A program made the position numbers and the translations under genes. Positions 1 to 12,346 of a stretch of DNA of 64,000 nucleotides are shown piece by piece. Within the stretch, counting starts at the first letter, position 1. Every line of letters starts with the position of its first letter. This DNA is from Octopus sinensis (taxonomy: Eukaryota): positions 28,148,001 through 28,212,000 of the forward strand of contig NC_043015.1 in NCBI RefSeq assembly GCF_006345805.1, written 5' to 3'. The notes beneath the pieces are model-generated. The model saw only the letters and a program-made list of their open reading frames with translations. It was not told the origin of the DNA and searched no databases.

Positions 1-1183
1 GATGGCTTTAGTCCCTTATGGTATATATATATATATATACACATATTCCTTTTTTTATCTCCTTTTTTCTCTCATTGTTTCTCCCCTTAATCAGGTAACC
101 ACTTGTTGGTGCTGGAACCCTTGTTATCGTAACCGACGATGATAGTGAAAGTGTTTCAAGCCTGCATATGCACATTTGCATGTGTGTATGTGAGAGAGAG
201 AGAGAGAGAGAGAGAGAGTGATGGTGTCGGTGCTGACAATCTCTTGTAATAAACTATGATTTTGTAATTTTACTTGCTAAATAGCTTAATTTCCATCTCT
301 ATTGCAAACACATTTCCTGAAATAAAATTTTTTTTTTTCTTTTCATTTCAATCTGTCGTCAATATTTTCCTGATATTTTCTTCTATAAGAAAATTCTTAA
401 TAAACTAAATACCACCATTTCTACACCAACTGATTATTGCATTGTTAATAAGATTTTGACTTCATTCCCTAAAGAGAATGAAATAACCAAAACAAAAAAA
501 AAAGAAAAGGAATAAAATCACAACAAAAAGCAAAAAAAAAGATACAAAAACAAAACTAAAAGAAAAATGAATATTTAAAAAACTCAAAACTAACGTAATA
601 GCTTAATGACTCAAAATAGAGTAAAAATTAAACGAAAGCAGCCAATTTATGCTAATTCCAATAATTATTTAATATACTAATTCTATATTATTTGTACAAT
701 AATTAGTTTTATTTTTTAATATTTATTGATTTTTTGTATTTTCATTTATTTATTTATTCATTTTTTTTACATTGTTGATCAAAATAAATCTGTTGGAATA
801 GCTACAGAATAATCAGTAGAAAAACATGGCGCTAAAATTTTTAATTATGTCTACGTTAATGGACAATAATTACAGCTGTCTGAGTTGAGTTAATAGCTTG
901 CTTAATGGCTATTCAAAAAAGGGTCAAGGTTTGTTTATCACCACCAATCTATGGATGCTACTATATATATATATATATCCATGGATAAGATTATGTAAAG
1001 TCTTGGAGGCCCTGCCCATTTTAATGCATGATTAATTCAAAGCAATGTGAATAAATAGGTGTCTGCATGGCTGTGTGGTAAGAAGCTTGCTTCCCAACCA
1101 CATAGTTTCAGGTTCAGTCTCACTGCATGACACCTTTGGTAAATATCTTCAATTTTTCACCCTTACTATTTTATACGTATATA

Positions 1184-1224
<41 letters not shown>

Positions 1225-1272
1225 CTTTACTACCCACAAGGGGCTAAACATAGAGGAGACAAACAAGGACAG

Positions 1273-1328
<56 letters not shown>

Positions 1329-1564
1329 GGTGGGTGTAAAAATACAAACTGGGACAAGAACGCAAAACATTTAGAAGACGATACAAAAAACACGGACAGG
1401 ACATTCGAAGCCTTCAATCTTCAGTCAAGAACCGGATCATCCTCGCAATTTCAGCTGATTAATCTTGAGATTGCTCCGATCTGGCCAGCCCCAAAGGAAA
1501 ATCTAAGCCAAGCGCATTAGATTCCTTGGAAGAAGAAATCTAATATATATATATATATATATAT

Positions 1565-1787
1565 ATTTCTTTACTACCCACAAGGGGCTAAACACAGAGG
1601 GGACAAACAAGGACAGACAAACGGATTAAGTCGATCCCAGTGTGTAACTGGTACTTAAGTTATCGACCCCGAAAGGATGAAAGGCAAAGTCGACCTCGAC
1701 GGAATTTGAACTCAGAATGTAACGGCAGACGAAATACGGCTACGCATTTCGCCCGGCGTGCTAACGTTTCTGCCAGCTCGCCGCCTT
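1565..1787 (-). mobile_element. SINE-B (tRNA-like head, ~240 bp), full copy
   Basis: AAGGCGGCGAGCTGGCAGAA head, GAGTTCAAATTCC B-box, CTTTCATCCTTTCGGGGTCGAT core, AGCCCCTTGTGGGTAGTAAAGAAATA tail. Confidence 0.9.
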
Positions 1788-2044
1788 TATATATATATAT
1801 ATATGTGTGTGTGTGTATATATGTATATATACTCTTTTACTTGTTTCAGTCATGTGACTGTGGCCATGCTGGAGCACTGCCTTCAGTCAAAAATTTCGAC
1901 CCCAGGACTTATTCTTTGGAAGCTTAGTACTTATTCTATTGGTCTCTTTTTGCCGAACCACTAAGTTACGGGGACATAAACACACCTGACTTCCCTTCAG
2001 CAGTTATGCCACTTCTTTGGCTTACCAAAGAATAAGTCCTGGGA

Positions 2045-2835
2045 TCGATTTCTATCATCAATTCATTCCTCACTGCGCTGGATTCCTGACTCCTCTTACC
2101 GAGCTTCTCAAGAACCAATGCAAGAAGAATGAAACCATTTCTCGGACTCCTACTCAAACCAAAGCTTTCAATGCTGTGAAACGCTCTCCCTAGAGCGCTT
2201 CTCCTTGCACGCCCTGTCTTCGATCAAAGCTTTCGTTTGTTGTTGATGCATCAGACACTGCAATCGGTGCTGTTTTACACCAATTTCATCAGCAATATTT
2301 GCCTGCGCCAACCCCCAACAAGCAGATCCTGTGTGGCATATCAACAGATGCACTTCGTCCTCCCATCCTACTGACCCATAGACCAGCTGTTTTTGAAGCC
2401 CTGCCTAATCTATCACATCCTAGATCCTCAGCCTCAGTGAAGCTCATTACAGCTAGATTCTTCTGGCTGACCATGGAGCATGATATCACTGACTGGCCTC
2501 AATCCTGCCTCCACTGCCAAAGGTCGACGGTGCATATACACATTCATGCACCCCTTGGCACTTTCAGCACACCAGATGCCTGCTTCCATCACATCCACAT
2601 TTACCTTGGTAGACCCTGGCCCATCAGTCAAAGATAAACTTGCATCCTTATTTGCATTGAATGTTTCACCCGCTGGCCTGAAGACCTGCCTCAAACCGAT
2701 ATTTCTGCTTACTCTGCAGCACGAGCCCTGGCATTGGACTGGATAACATGCTATGGTCTCCTACACTCACACCATCACCACTGATCGTGGTCAACAATTT
2801 GAGTCTCATCTCTTCTCAGAGCTTACCAAGATACT
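2045..2835 (+). mobile_element. Degenerate Ty3/Gypsy pol fragment (RT-RNaseH connection, RNase H, H2C2 zinc-binding and rve integrase)
   Basis: Frameshifted motifs FYHQFIPHCAGFLTPLTELL, VDASDTAIGAVLHQ, LSHP..AS.KLITARFFW..M..DI..W.QSC..CQRS, FTRWPE, ITTDRGQQFESHLFSEL. Confidence 0.85.
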
Positions 2836-3954
2836 TTGCAAGACTGTATATATGAACTTGCTTTCTAAGTGCTTGTCATTTTCTCATTTTTGTATACTTG
2901 CTTTTTCTTGCATTTGTAATATTGCTTTTCATGATGTATTCCTATTTTTCCCTTGTTTGAACATTTCATTCTGCACTTGGCTGTTCACAAAATTTGGTAC
3001 GTTGCATGCAAAGACAAAATAAGCACACTAGTATTTAATTTAGTTTTGTAAATATTTCATTAACCTACATCATTTACATTTCCATGTATACATATAAATA
3101 AATTAATGGAACAACTTTCTTGGAACAACAAACAATAGTTAAGAGTCTTCTGTAAATCAATATCCAAGATGATATTATGAAAACAGTGTGTGATCATTGA
3201 AGACAAAATTAGCAGAAGGAATTTAAATTACTACAATAATCAATGTGCATTCTTCAACAATACATTAAGGTTGATATCTTTTGTTGAATACAGCATAAGG
3301 ATGATAAATAAGAAAATGTGGAAGAGGGCAAGTGACCAACTCACTGAGCAAGGTGACATAGATTCATCCAGACAGCTGAATGATTCTGGTCTGAAGTTGA
3401 ATCTGTCAGCATTTTATAACTGTAAGCTACATATTCCAGAACCTTCGACAAAATTACTTAGTGGAAAACTCACACTCTTCCTTTGAAGTTGAGCACATCA
3501 ACCATAGAAAGTAAGCCAGTACCAACCGGTCGAACCATATTCAGGAAACATTATTACCTTTTATGGTCAGACTTTTTCTTTTAGTGATACAGTGGGTTGT
3601 GGTTCTGAACTGGGAAAATCTGAGAGCTATGGTTCAAAACCTAGTAGGAGCCTTGCTAAAATTTGAAATCATGCTAATTTTAATCAACATGGCAATTAAT
3701 CCTCCTTTTCCAATCTTTACAGGCCCACTTCTTATGAAAAACACTACACTTGATTAGGGGCATGATAAAACATTGTCCTTTCTTTCGAAACTGAATCATT
3801 TTTTTTTAAAAGGGGGCACATTGATTGTTCTCCCCATTTATTTTTCCTACAAAAGAATGTGTGGGTCATCAAGTAGAACCCTGCCCCAAATATCACAATT
3901 CACTTCTTTACACAGTGCACAAATTTATCTTAATGTTAATTTAGGAATTTTGTG

Positions 3955-4016
3955 ACACCACCACGACCACCACGACCACGACCACCACGACCACCACGAC
4001 CACCACGACCACCACG

Positions 4017-4070
<54 letters not shown>

Positions 4071-4155
4071 GTCGTCATCATCATCATCATCATCATCAGC
4101 ATCATTGTTGTCATCATCATCATCGTCATCATCATCATCATCATCGTCGTCGTCG

Positions 4156-4192
<37 letters not shown>

Positions 4193-4272
4193 TGTCATCA
4201 TCATCATCGTTATCATCATCATCGTCGTCATCATCATCATCATCATTGTCAGCATCATTGTCATCATCACCA
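3955..4272. repeat. (CCACGA)n then (CAT)n microsatellite
   Basis: Directly visible. Confidence 0.95.
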
Positions 4273-4413
4273 TTTTAATGGACAGAAATGATTAGGGCAG
4301 ATGTTCTATGTCTGGATACTCTTCCTGTTGCCAACTCTCACTTGTTTCCAAGCAACAGAGGCTCTCATTCACAGCTACCATGTGTCATGACAAGGAGACA
4401 TAAATATGCACAT

Positions 4414-4469
<56 letters not shown>

Positions 4470-4745
4470 TTACACATAGACCACACAAACACACAAACAC
4501 ATATATACATACACAAACACACAGACATACTCACACACACATATATGCATACACATATACACATGATGAGCTTCTTTCAGTTTCCATCAACCAAATCCAC
4601 TCACAAAACTTTGGTCAGCCCAGGGCTATAATAGAAGACACTTGCCCAAGGTGCCACATAGTGGGACTGAACCCAGAACCATGTGGTTGGGAAGATAACT
4701 TTTCAGCCACCCTTCCATATCTGTGCCTGTTGCATGGACTATATT

Positions 4746-5345
4746 TTGGCGGCGAGCTGGCAGAATCATTAGCACGTGAGGCGAAATGCTTAGCGGTGTT
4801 TCAGCTGCCGTTACGTTCTGAGTTCAAATTTCACCAAGGTTGACTTTGCCTTTTATCCTTTCAGGGTCGATAAATTAAGTACCAGTTACGCACTGAGGTC
4901 GATATAATCGACTTAAGCCCTTTGTCTGTCCTTGTTTGTCCCCTCTATGATTAGCCCCTTGTGGGTAATAAAGAAATGGGTATTTCAGCTGCCGTTACGT
5001 TATGAGTTCAAATTCCGCCGAGGTCGACTTTGCCTTTCATCCTTTCAGGGTCGATAAATTAAGTACCAGTTAGGCACTGGGGTCGATGTAACCGACTTAA
5101 GCCCTTTGTCTGTCCTTGTTTGTCCCCTCTATGATTAGCCCCTTGTGGGTAATAAAGAAATAGGTATTTCAGCTGCCATTACTTTCTGAGTTCAAATTCC
5201 GCCGAGGTCGACTTTGCCTTTCATCATATCAGGGTCGATAAATTAAGTACCAGTTACACACTGGGGTCGATGTAATCGACTTAATACCTATGTCTGTCCT
5301 TGGTTGTCTTCTCTGTGTTTAGCCCCCTGTGGGCAATAAAGAATT
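4746..5345 (+). mobile_element. SINE-B head-to-tail trimer
   Basis: Three ~185-bp units joined at AAAGAAAT(A/G)|GGTATTTC; head only on the first unit; TATATTTTGGC on both outer flanks. Confidence 0.9.
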
Positions 5346-5765
5346 ATATATTTTGGCAAATGTGGATATTTCCATTTCCATATAAAATGTAGGAGCAAGT
5401 GTTTTGCAGTAGAAATGCTTCGTCTGCAAGGCAGGTGAAAGCAATAACATCTTTCTTCCTTTGCTCGCAACACTTGATTGTAAGTCTTCCAGTGAATGGA
5501 CAATTGTGTAGCAAGTGAACATGGCGTCACTTGACAAAACAAAATATATATTAATGACCTGTTCTAAAATTAGAATCACTTTAGCCAGTTGCTTCTCGAT
5601 TGTATTTCAAGGTATGTACTCAGCTGTGACTAGGAAATATCTAACTGGTCAGTGACTGGAAAATATCTAAGTGGTCAGTCACATTTCGGTACTAATGTGC
5701 TCATCGTTTGTTGAAGAATAGAAAGCCATTACGTGTGGATGAGAGTATTAGTATATATATGTGTA

Positions 5766-6001
5766 AAGGCGGCAAGCTGGCAGAAACGTTAGCATGCCGG
5801 GTGAAATGCCAAACGGTATTTCGTCTGCCGTTACGTTCTGAGTTCAAATTCCGCCGAGGTCGACTTTGCCTTTCATCCTTTCGGGGTCGATTAAATAAGT
5901 ACCAGTTACACACTGGGGTCGATATAATCGACTTAATCCATTTGTCTGTCCTTGTTTGTCCTCTCTGTGTTTAGCCCCTTGTGGGTAGTAAAGAAATAGG
6001 T
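5766..6001 (+). mobile_element. SINE-B full copy
   Basis: Same consensus; GTATATATATGTGTA duplicated on both flanks. Confidence 0.9.
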
Positions 6002-6177
6002 ATATATATGTGTATATATACATGTGTGTGTGTGTGTTTGTGTGTCCTTGAATATGTATGTATAAAGTAGGAGCAGGCTTGACTGTATGGTGAAAAATCT
6101 TGCCTGCCAACCATGTGGACTTGGAGTTCTGTCCCACTGCATGGCACCTTACCTTAGCAAAGTGTCTCTTACTATAT

Positions 6178-6398
6178 ATTTCTTTATTACCCACAAGGGG
6201 CCAAACATAGAGGGGACAAACAAGGACAAAGGGATTAAGTCGATTATATCGACCCCAGTGCGTAACTGGTACTTAATTTATCGACCCCGAAAGGATGAAA
6301 GGCAAAGTCGACCTCGGCGGAATTTGAACTCAGAACGTAACGGCAGACGAAATACGGCTACGCATTTCGCCCGGCGTGCTAACATTTCTGCCAACTCA
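6178..6398 (-). mobile_element. SINE-B near-full copy
   Basis: Reverse complement of the consensus. Confidence 0.88.
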
Positions 6399-6689
6399 CC
6401 TACAACTATTTTTCTCAGCAAGAACCAGATTATGGCATATGCAACCTTATCAAAGCCTTCTCTAGATCAGTTTATGCAAGATATAGAGACAAACTCTGTA
6501 GTTGTCTCACTAAAAAAAAACATGAATGGTTGCCTGTCTTCCCATCTAAGAAAATTTCCTTCCTTTATTATCAACTCTTTCTATAAATTTCATCACATGA
6601 TCTATCAGTTCAATACTTTTGCTTTTGTTCATTTATAGATTATCTCTTTTGTCTTTGTAGGTTGGAATGATGTCTTGGCATCACTCACC

Positions 6690-7155
6690 AAGTCCTTTGT
6701 GAGTCGCTCTCCAGCTATCTATCTGCGGCTTTATATAGCTATGGTGTGACCTCATCTGGAATTAGCATCACCGGTCTGGAACCCCTTTCTTGCCCAGGAT
6801 ATTAATCATCTGGAAGCCGTTCAGCGACGTGCAACCAAGAGAATACCCTCCATCAGGCATTTGCCATATTCTGAACGCCTTACTTCCCTAGGCATGGATA
6901 CATTGAAACTCCAACGTCTGGCAGCTGACTTGGCAGACACCCATAAAATTTTTAACCATCTTACAAACAATAACTCTGAGCACCTTTTCAAACTCCCCCC
7001 GTCTAACACCCGTCAGAAAACAGCACAGCTCCCATGACTTTCAGAAACATTTTTTCACGCTAAGAGTTGCTGAAGTATGGAACAAACTGCTGGCATCAGT
7101 TGTTAGTTGTCGGAGCACTGCATCCTTCAAAACTTCCATGCTTCCTGAGATTCGT
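6690..7155 (+). mobile_element. CR1-clade LINE ORF2 C-terminal/3' fragment
   Basis: Translates to PHLELASPVW..., INHLEAVQRRATKRIPSIRHLPYSERLTSLGMDTLKLQRLAADL, HFFTLRVAEVWNKL; followed by a (TCTG/TCTA)n tract. Confidence 0.85.
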
Positions 7156-7216
7156 CTGTTTCTGTCTGTCTGTCTGTCTCTCTGTCTGTCTGTCTATCTA
7201 TCTATCTTTCTATCTT

Positions 7217-7253
<37 letters not shown>

Positions 7254-7254
<1 letters not shown>

Positions 7255-8594
7255 CGCGTCCGTCATCTACTACCCCCTGACGTCGTTACCTTGTCCCGAC
7301 CCTACCATCACCAAACTACAACGCATCCTCTTTCGCTTCTTGTGGAAAGGATGCGTCCCGATGGTCAGCGATCCATTTGCTGTCAAACACCCTTTAAAAG
7401 GAGGGCTGGGCATGCCGTGGTTGATGATGCGCAGACACGCGCTGAGACTGGACATCTCTGGTCTCTCTATGTAGACGACGGTGAACAGGTGTGGTCGCCG
7501 TTTGTGAGGCACGCTTTCCCGCAGCTCGTCTCCATGACCGAACTGCAGTCGGGATCAAAAAGAGGCCGAGGAAGGGCGAATGGCACCGCGAGTGTCGCGT
7601 TGCCTCTCAAGCAACTCTGCCGTCCTGGGTCGACCTTAAGTGACTTCAACACAACCAAAGCATTCTATAGGGGGTTTAGTGGAGGGGAGGTACGACGACG
7701 AGCTCGGGGCGAAACCTGGCGTCGACGAGACGAGGAGACCTGACCCGCCTGTTCGGGACGACTTTCGGGCCAGGCCCATGGACAACTTCCAGAGATCCCT
7801 GGCCTGGGCAGTGCTACCGAGAAGCGCTACCCGTTCGGGATAAGCTCTACAGACAGGCTCGAGAAACACGGGGCCGACCTGCCCGAGATGCGGTCAGAGC
7901 GACGAAACCGTTCTGCACGCACTCGTTCAGTGTCCAACAATTTCCGACCTGTGGGCTTATGTCGAACAACTGCTGTCACGTGTGGGACGAGTCGGTTTAT
8001 CAGCTGAGTCTATCGTCAATATTGTCACGCCTCCTTCCTTCAAACGGGAAGGAAGAGCTATTTTCATCATCCTTGTGGCTATGGCGAAAGAATGTATCTG
8101 GTGGACGCGTCTGAAAGGATTGGAGACAAACACTTTCCTCTCTGGTCAATCTCTCATCAACTTTCAAGTACCACTTGAAGAGGAAAGTGAGAGTAGAGAG
8201 GCAAGTTTTGTCTAGCGAATGTTTTAAAAAAAGATGGGTGAATGTAGCAAGAATGGCACGTATGAATGACGAAGCCACCTTGAGCATAGTCTATAAACCC
8301 AGAAATCGAAAACAGAGATTTGCTTATTTGCAAAAAAAAAAAAAAAAAAAAAAAGAAATATAAATGTGACTTCATTGACCGAGGTTACCGTGGTCTTTTC
8401 CGCAGGCTTTTTTCTTTCCACGGGTAAACCTCACCTGTCCTCCCCTTTACACTTCATATTGACATTTCTGTGATAACGATCCCTATTGATCATTTTTTTC
8501 CCTCTCCCCCCCCCCCTTTTTTTTTTTTTTTAACACCCCCTTATTTTTGTCCTCTTTCTCTCCTTTACGATCCCTTTTGATCGAACCTCCCCCT

Positions 8595-8628
<34 letters not shown>

Positions 8629-8698
8629 CCTTCAAAAGAAAAGCTCTACCTTGTAATTTGTTCTATCTGTGTGCAGCCCTGTGTGGCTAATAAAGAAA
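7254..8698 (+). mobile_element. 5'-truncated Tx1-type (L1 clade) LINE: ORF2 C-terminus with CCHC zinc knuckle plus 3'UTR
   Basis: LQRILFRFLWKG..PMV....KHPLKGGLGMP and CPRCGQSDETVLHALVQCP motifs (frameshifted); pyrimidine/T-rich 3'UTR ending GCCCTGTGTGGCTAATAAAGAAA; flanked on both sides by (TATC)n. Confidence 0.85.
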
Positions 8699-8762
8699 CA
8701 TATCTATCTATCTATCTATCTATCTAACTATCTAACTATCTATCTATCTATCTATCTATCTA

Positions 8763-8797
<35 letters not shown>

Positions 8798-8798
8798 T

Positions 8799-8846
<48 letters not shown>

Positions 8847-8858
8847 ACTATCTATCTG

Positions 8859-8910
<52 letters not shown>

Positions 8911-8916
8911 CCTATC

Positions 8917-8992
<76 letters not shown>

Positions 8993-8995
8993 CAT
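8699..8995. repeat. (TATC)n microsatellite
   Basis: Directly visible. Confidence 0.95.
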
Positions 8996-10436
8996 TGATC
9001 CATCTATCCATATCTGTTATGCCTATTGAACCACAGCAAAAAAAAAAAAACAACAACAAAAAAAAACCAGCAGTTTTACAATGACTGAAATAATTGAAAA
9101 ACAGGGGCTGTTATTGATTGATTAAACATTCAGAAATCAATTTGTTTATGAATCAATCAAAATAATATTTCACTGACAAATAAACATTGATTTTATTTGC
9201 TCATGTTACTGTCAACATTTTAATCTTACCCCACCTCTTCTTTATTATTTCATGGACTTCACTCGTTTGGTGTATTCAATATTGCTTTTGTCAGCCATCT
9301 TAACTCCTTTTGTTAATATTTTTGCTGTGTGTGAATGGGTGGGGAGCATTTGCACTTCTGCTATTTTTTTTATTTATTCATATTTTGAAGTTTTTATTAA
9401 CATTTAATTTTATGTCCACATTATAACGTCCATACAAACTGTTGATGGTGCAATGGTGTTGGTTGTGGTGGTGGTGGTTTTGGTGGTGGTGATGGTTATG
9501 GTGGTGGTGGTGGTGGTGGTGGTTGGTGGTGATCTCAAAAGCAATAACAATAACAATGGTTGCAATCATGATGTGGTGATGACGATGATGACGAAGGGAT
9601 ATGGTCATGAAATTCTCTTTTGTGAATTGATGACGCTTTAATTATCTACGACACGCACACACGCATACACACACACAAACACACACATACACACACAAAC
9701 ACATACAAACACACACATACACACACACACAAAGTGAGTCCCATGCACACATATGCATGCACTGAGATTCACATAAAGTACATGCTGACATGCATACATG
9801 CAACACTGACATAGATGTCACGAGTGAACCTATATATACACACACCCACACTCACACACATTCTCACACACACACACACACACACACACATGCATATATA
9901 AGTGTTATAATATATATATATTTGTGTCTCACAATTAAGTGAGACACAAAAAACAGTAATTTTCCTGGCTGTCCCGGTACTCCTGACCAAAAATGGTAAT
10001 CCACGGGCACAAAGACAGTCAGAAACACCAGTCAAAATTTCAGTAAAATAGCACAATTTTCAGGAGGGATACGCCTCCCAAAAAACACTTCTCACAACTA
10101 AGTGAGACTTTAAACACGACCACTGGCAGACAAATGCCTGGAACCCAGTGGGGACCTCTTGTTCGACAAAAAATAAATAATACAAGCAACAGACACTCAC
10201 TAGGTCCCAAAAAACAGATGTCTTACCTAGTAGTGGTGCTTCACTATTTCACGACCCTGACACACACCAACGTGACTTCCACCGCGAAAAAAAAAACGCA
10301 TCCACTCTGTACTGAAGTAAGTGAGCTACTTACCACACATCCACTCCTATGCCTACAAATGATAATATATTCATCACACCCTTTATATAAAGTAATTGCT
10401 CATATCTGTGCTCATTTGTGTATGAATGTATATATA

Positions 10437-10858
10437 GGCACAGGAGTGGCTGTGTGGTAAGTAGCTTGTTTACCAACCACATGGTTCCGGGTTCAGTCCC
10501 ACTGCGTGGCACCTTGGGCAAGTGTCTTCTACAATAGCCTCAGGCCGACCAAAGCCTTGTGAGTGGATTTGGTAGACGGAAACTGAAAGAAGCCCGTCAT
10601 ATATATGTATATATATATATATGTGTGTGTGTGAGTGTTTGTGTGTCTGTGTTTGTCCCCCTAGCATTGCTTGACAACCGATGCTGGTGTGTTTATGTTC
10701 CCGTCACTTAGCGGTTCGGCAAAAGAGAACCGATAGAATAAGTACCGGGCTTACAAAAAGAATAAGTCCCGGGGTCGAGTTGCTCGATTAAAGGCGGTGC
10801 TCCAGCATGGCCGCAATCAAATGACTGAAACAAGTAAAAGAGTAAAAGAGCAAAGAGT
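10437..10858 (+). mobile_element. SINE-A (tRNA-derived, ~420 bp, internal (TA)n(TG)n), full copy
   Basis: GGAGTGGCTGTGTGGTAAG A-box, GGTTCAGTCCC B-box, ACCTTGGGCAAGTG core, tail GGTGCTCCAGCATGGCC...GAAACAAGTAAAAGAG. Confidence 0.92.
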
Positions 10859-11409
10859 ATGCAAATTCACAATGTCCACTAATTTTGACTAGAAATTTCT
10901 ATGTAGAACAACGATGAAAGTTAATCTGTATTAAAAGCCACCTTCTACAATGTCTCCTGGTACATGCTGCTTTGACCTTGAACAAAAGTAATTGCATTTA
11001 CTTTAATCTAAGTCGAATAACCTGCAGTTTGTATAGCAAGGATCTATTTACCTAAATGCAATTTTGCATGGGAAATCTCTTTAAGATTTTGCATTAAATA
11101 TTATATGGAAATACACGAAATCTTGGCAAAGAACCATTATTAAGTTACAAGTCAGAAATTTGATATCAGTTATCCAAAGAATACCATGAATGCCCTATTA
11201 GTTTCATGTCTTGTTATTTGGCAGAGAGGACCTAAACTGCCATTGTCTTCTAAATTTTGAAATGTCTACTGACTTTAGATTTTGTAGGTACCTAGTTGGT
11301 AAAAGAGTTCCTTGGAGTCAAAAGTTAGAAGAGTTCCAAAAAATGAGAGGAATAAATAAATAGTTAGATTGAATGATTGACAAGGAGACACAGATAGAGT
11401 AGTGATTAA

Positions 11410-11632
11410 CCCTTTAGTTACCATATTTATTTTGGGATGCTCTGTGTTTCTTTCAATTAATTTAAAATGTAACAAAGAATTTAGTAAAATAACTTAGTTA
11501 TCATTAAGCTAGTGTTAAGAACATAAATTGTGACTAAGGTTTGGTGGAAGATTTTTAATTCAAAACTTATGAAAGCAAGACATTTGTACTACAGAGCCAG
11601 AGCCGGTTTCAGCCGGGTTGGTATCAAAAGGG
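11410..11632. mobile_element. piggyBac-type MITE, family 1
   Basis: TTAA|CCCTTT ... AAAGGG|TTAA. Confidence 0.85.
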
Positions 11633-11667
11633 TTAATGCAGAGAGAGAAGAGAATGGTTTATATGTT

Positions 11668-11668
11668 T

Positions 11669-11704
<36 letters not shown>

Positions 11705-11711
11705 TTAGATT

Positions 11712-11744
<33 letters not shown>

Positions 11745-11747
11745 ATT

Positions 11748-11781
<34 letters not shown>

Positions 11782-11831
11782 CAAACAGATGGACGGATGG
11801 ATGGACGGATGGACGGACGGATGGACGGATG

Positions 11832-11864
<33 letters not shown>

Positions 11865-11895
11865 GCGGCCAGACAGACAGATAGATAGATAGACT

Positions 11896-11941
<46 letters not shown>

Positions 11942-11945
11942 AAGA

Positions 11946-11977
<32 letters not shown>

Positions 11978-12082
11978 TAGACAGACGGACGGACAGATGG
12001 ACGGACGGACAGACAAACTGATAGACAGACAGACAGACGGACGGACAAACAGACAGACAGGCAGACAGGCAGGCAGGCAGAC

Positions 12083-12157
<75 letters not shown>

Positions 12158-12161
12158 GATC

Positions 12162-12212
<51 letters not shown>

Positions 12213-12277
12213 GGATGGATCGATGGATGGATAGATAGATAGATAGATGGATAGATAGATAAATAGATAAAAAAATT

Positions 12278-12308
<31 letters not shown>

Positions 12309-12311
12309 CGA

Positions 12312-12346
<35 letters not shown>
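11668..12346. repeat. Compound (GATA)n/(GACA)n/(GGAT)n microsatellite
   Basis: Directly visible. Confidence 0.95.

Noticed and set aside
1363-1535. Segment with CTGAAGA...CGAAT.GTC on the minus strand (possible PLE/hammerhead)
   Set aside because: The GAAA core is altered and stems are poor; probably a repeat remnant but not classifiable from this copy.
3190-3760. Coding-like stretch with several ORFs of 60-98 aa and splice-like sites
   Set aside because: No consistent frame or exon chain on either strand and no recognisable protein motif.
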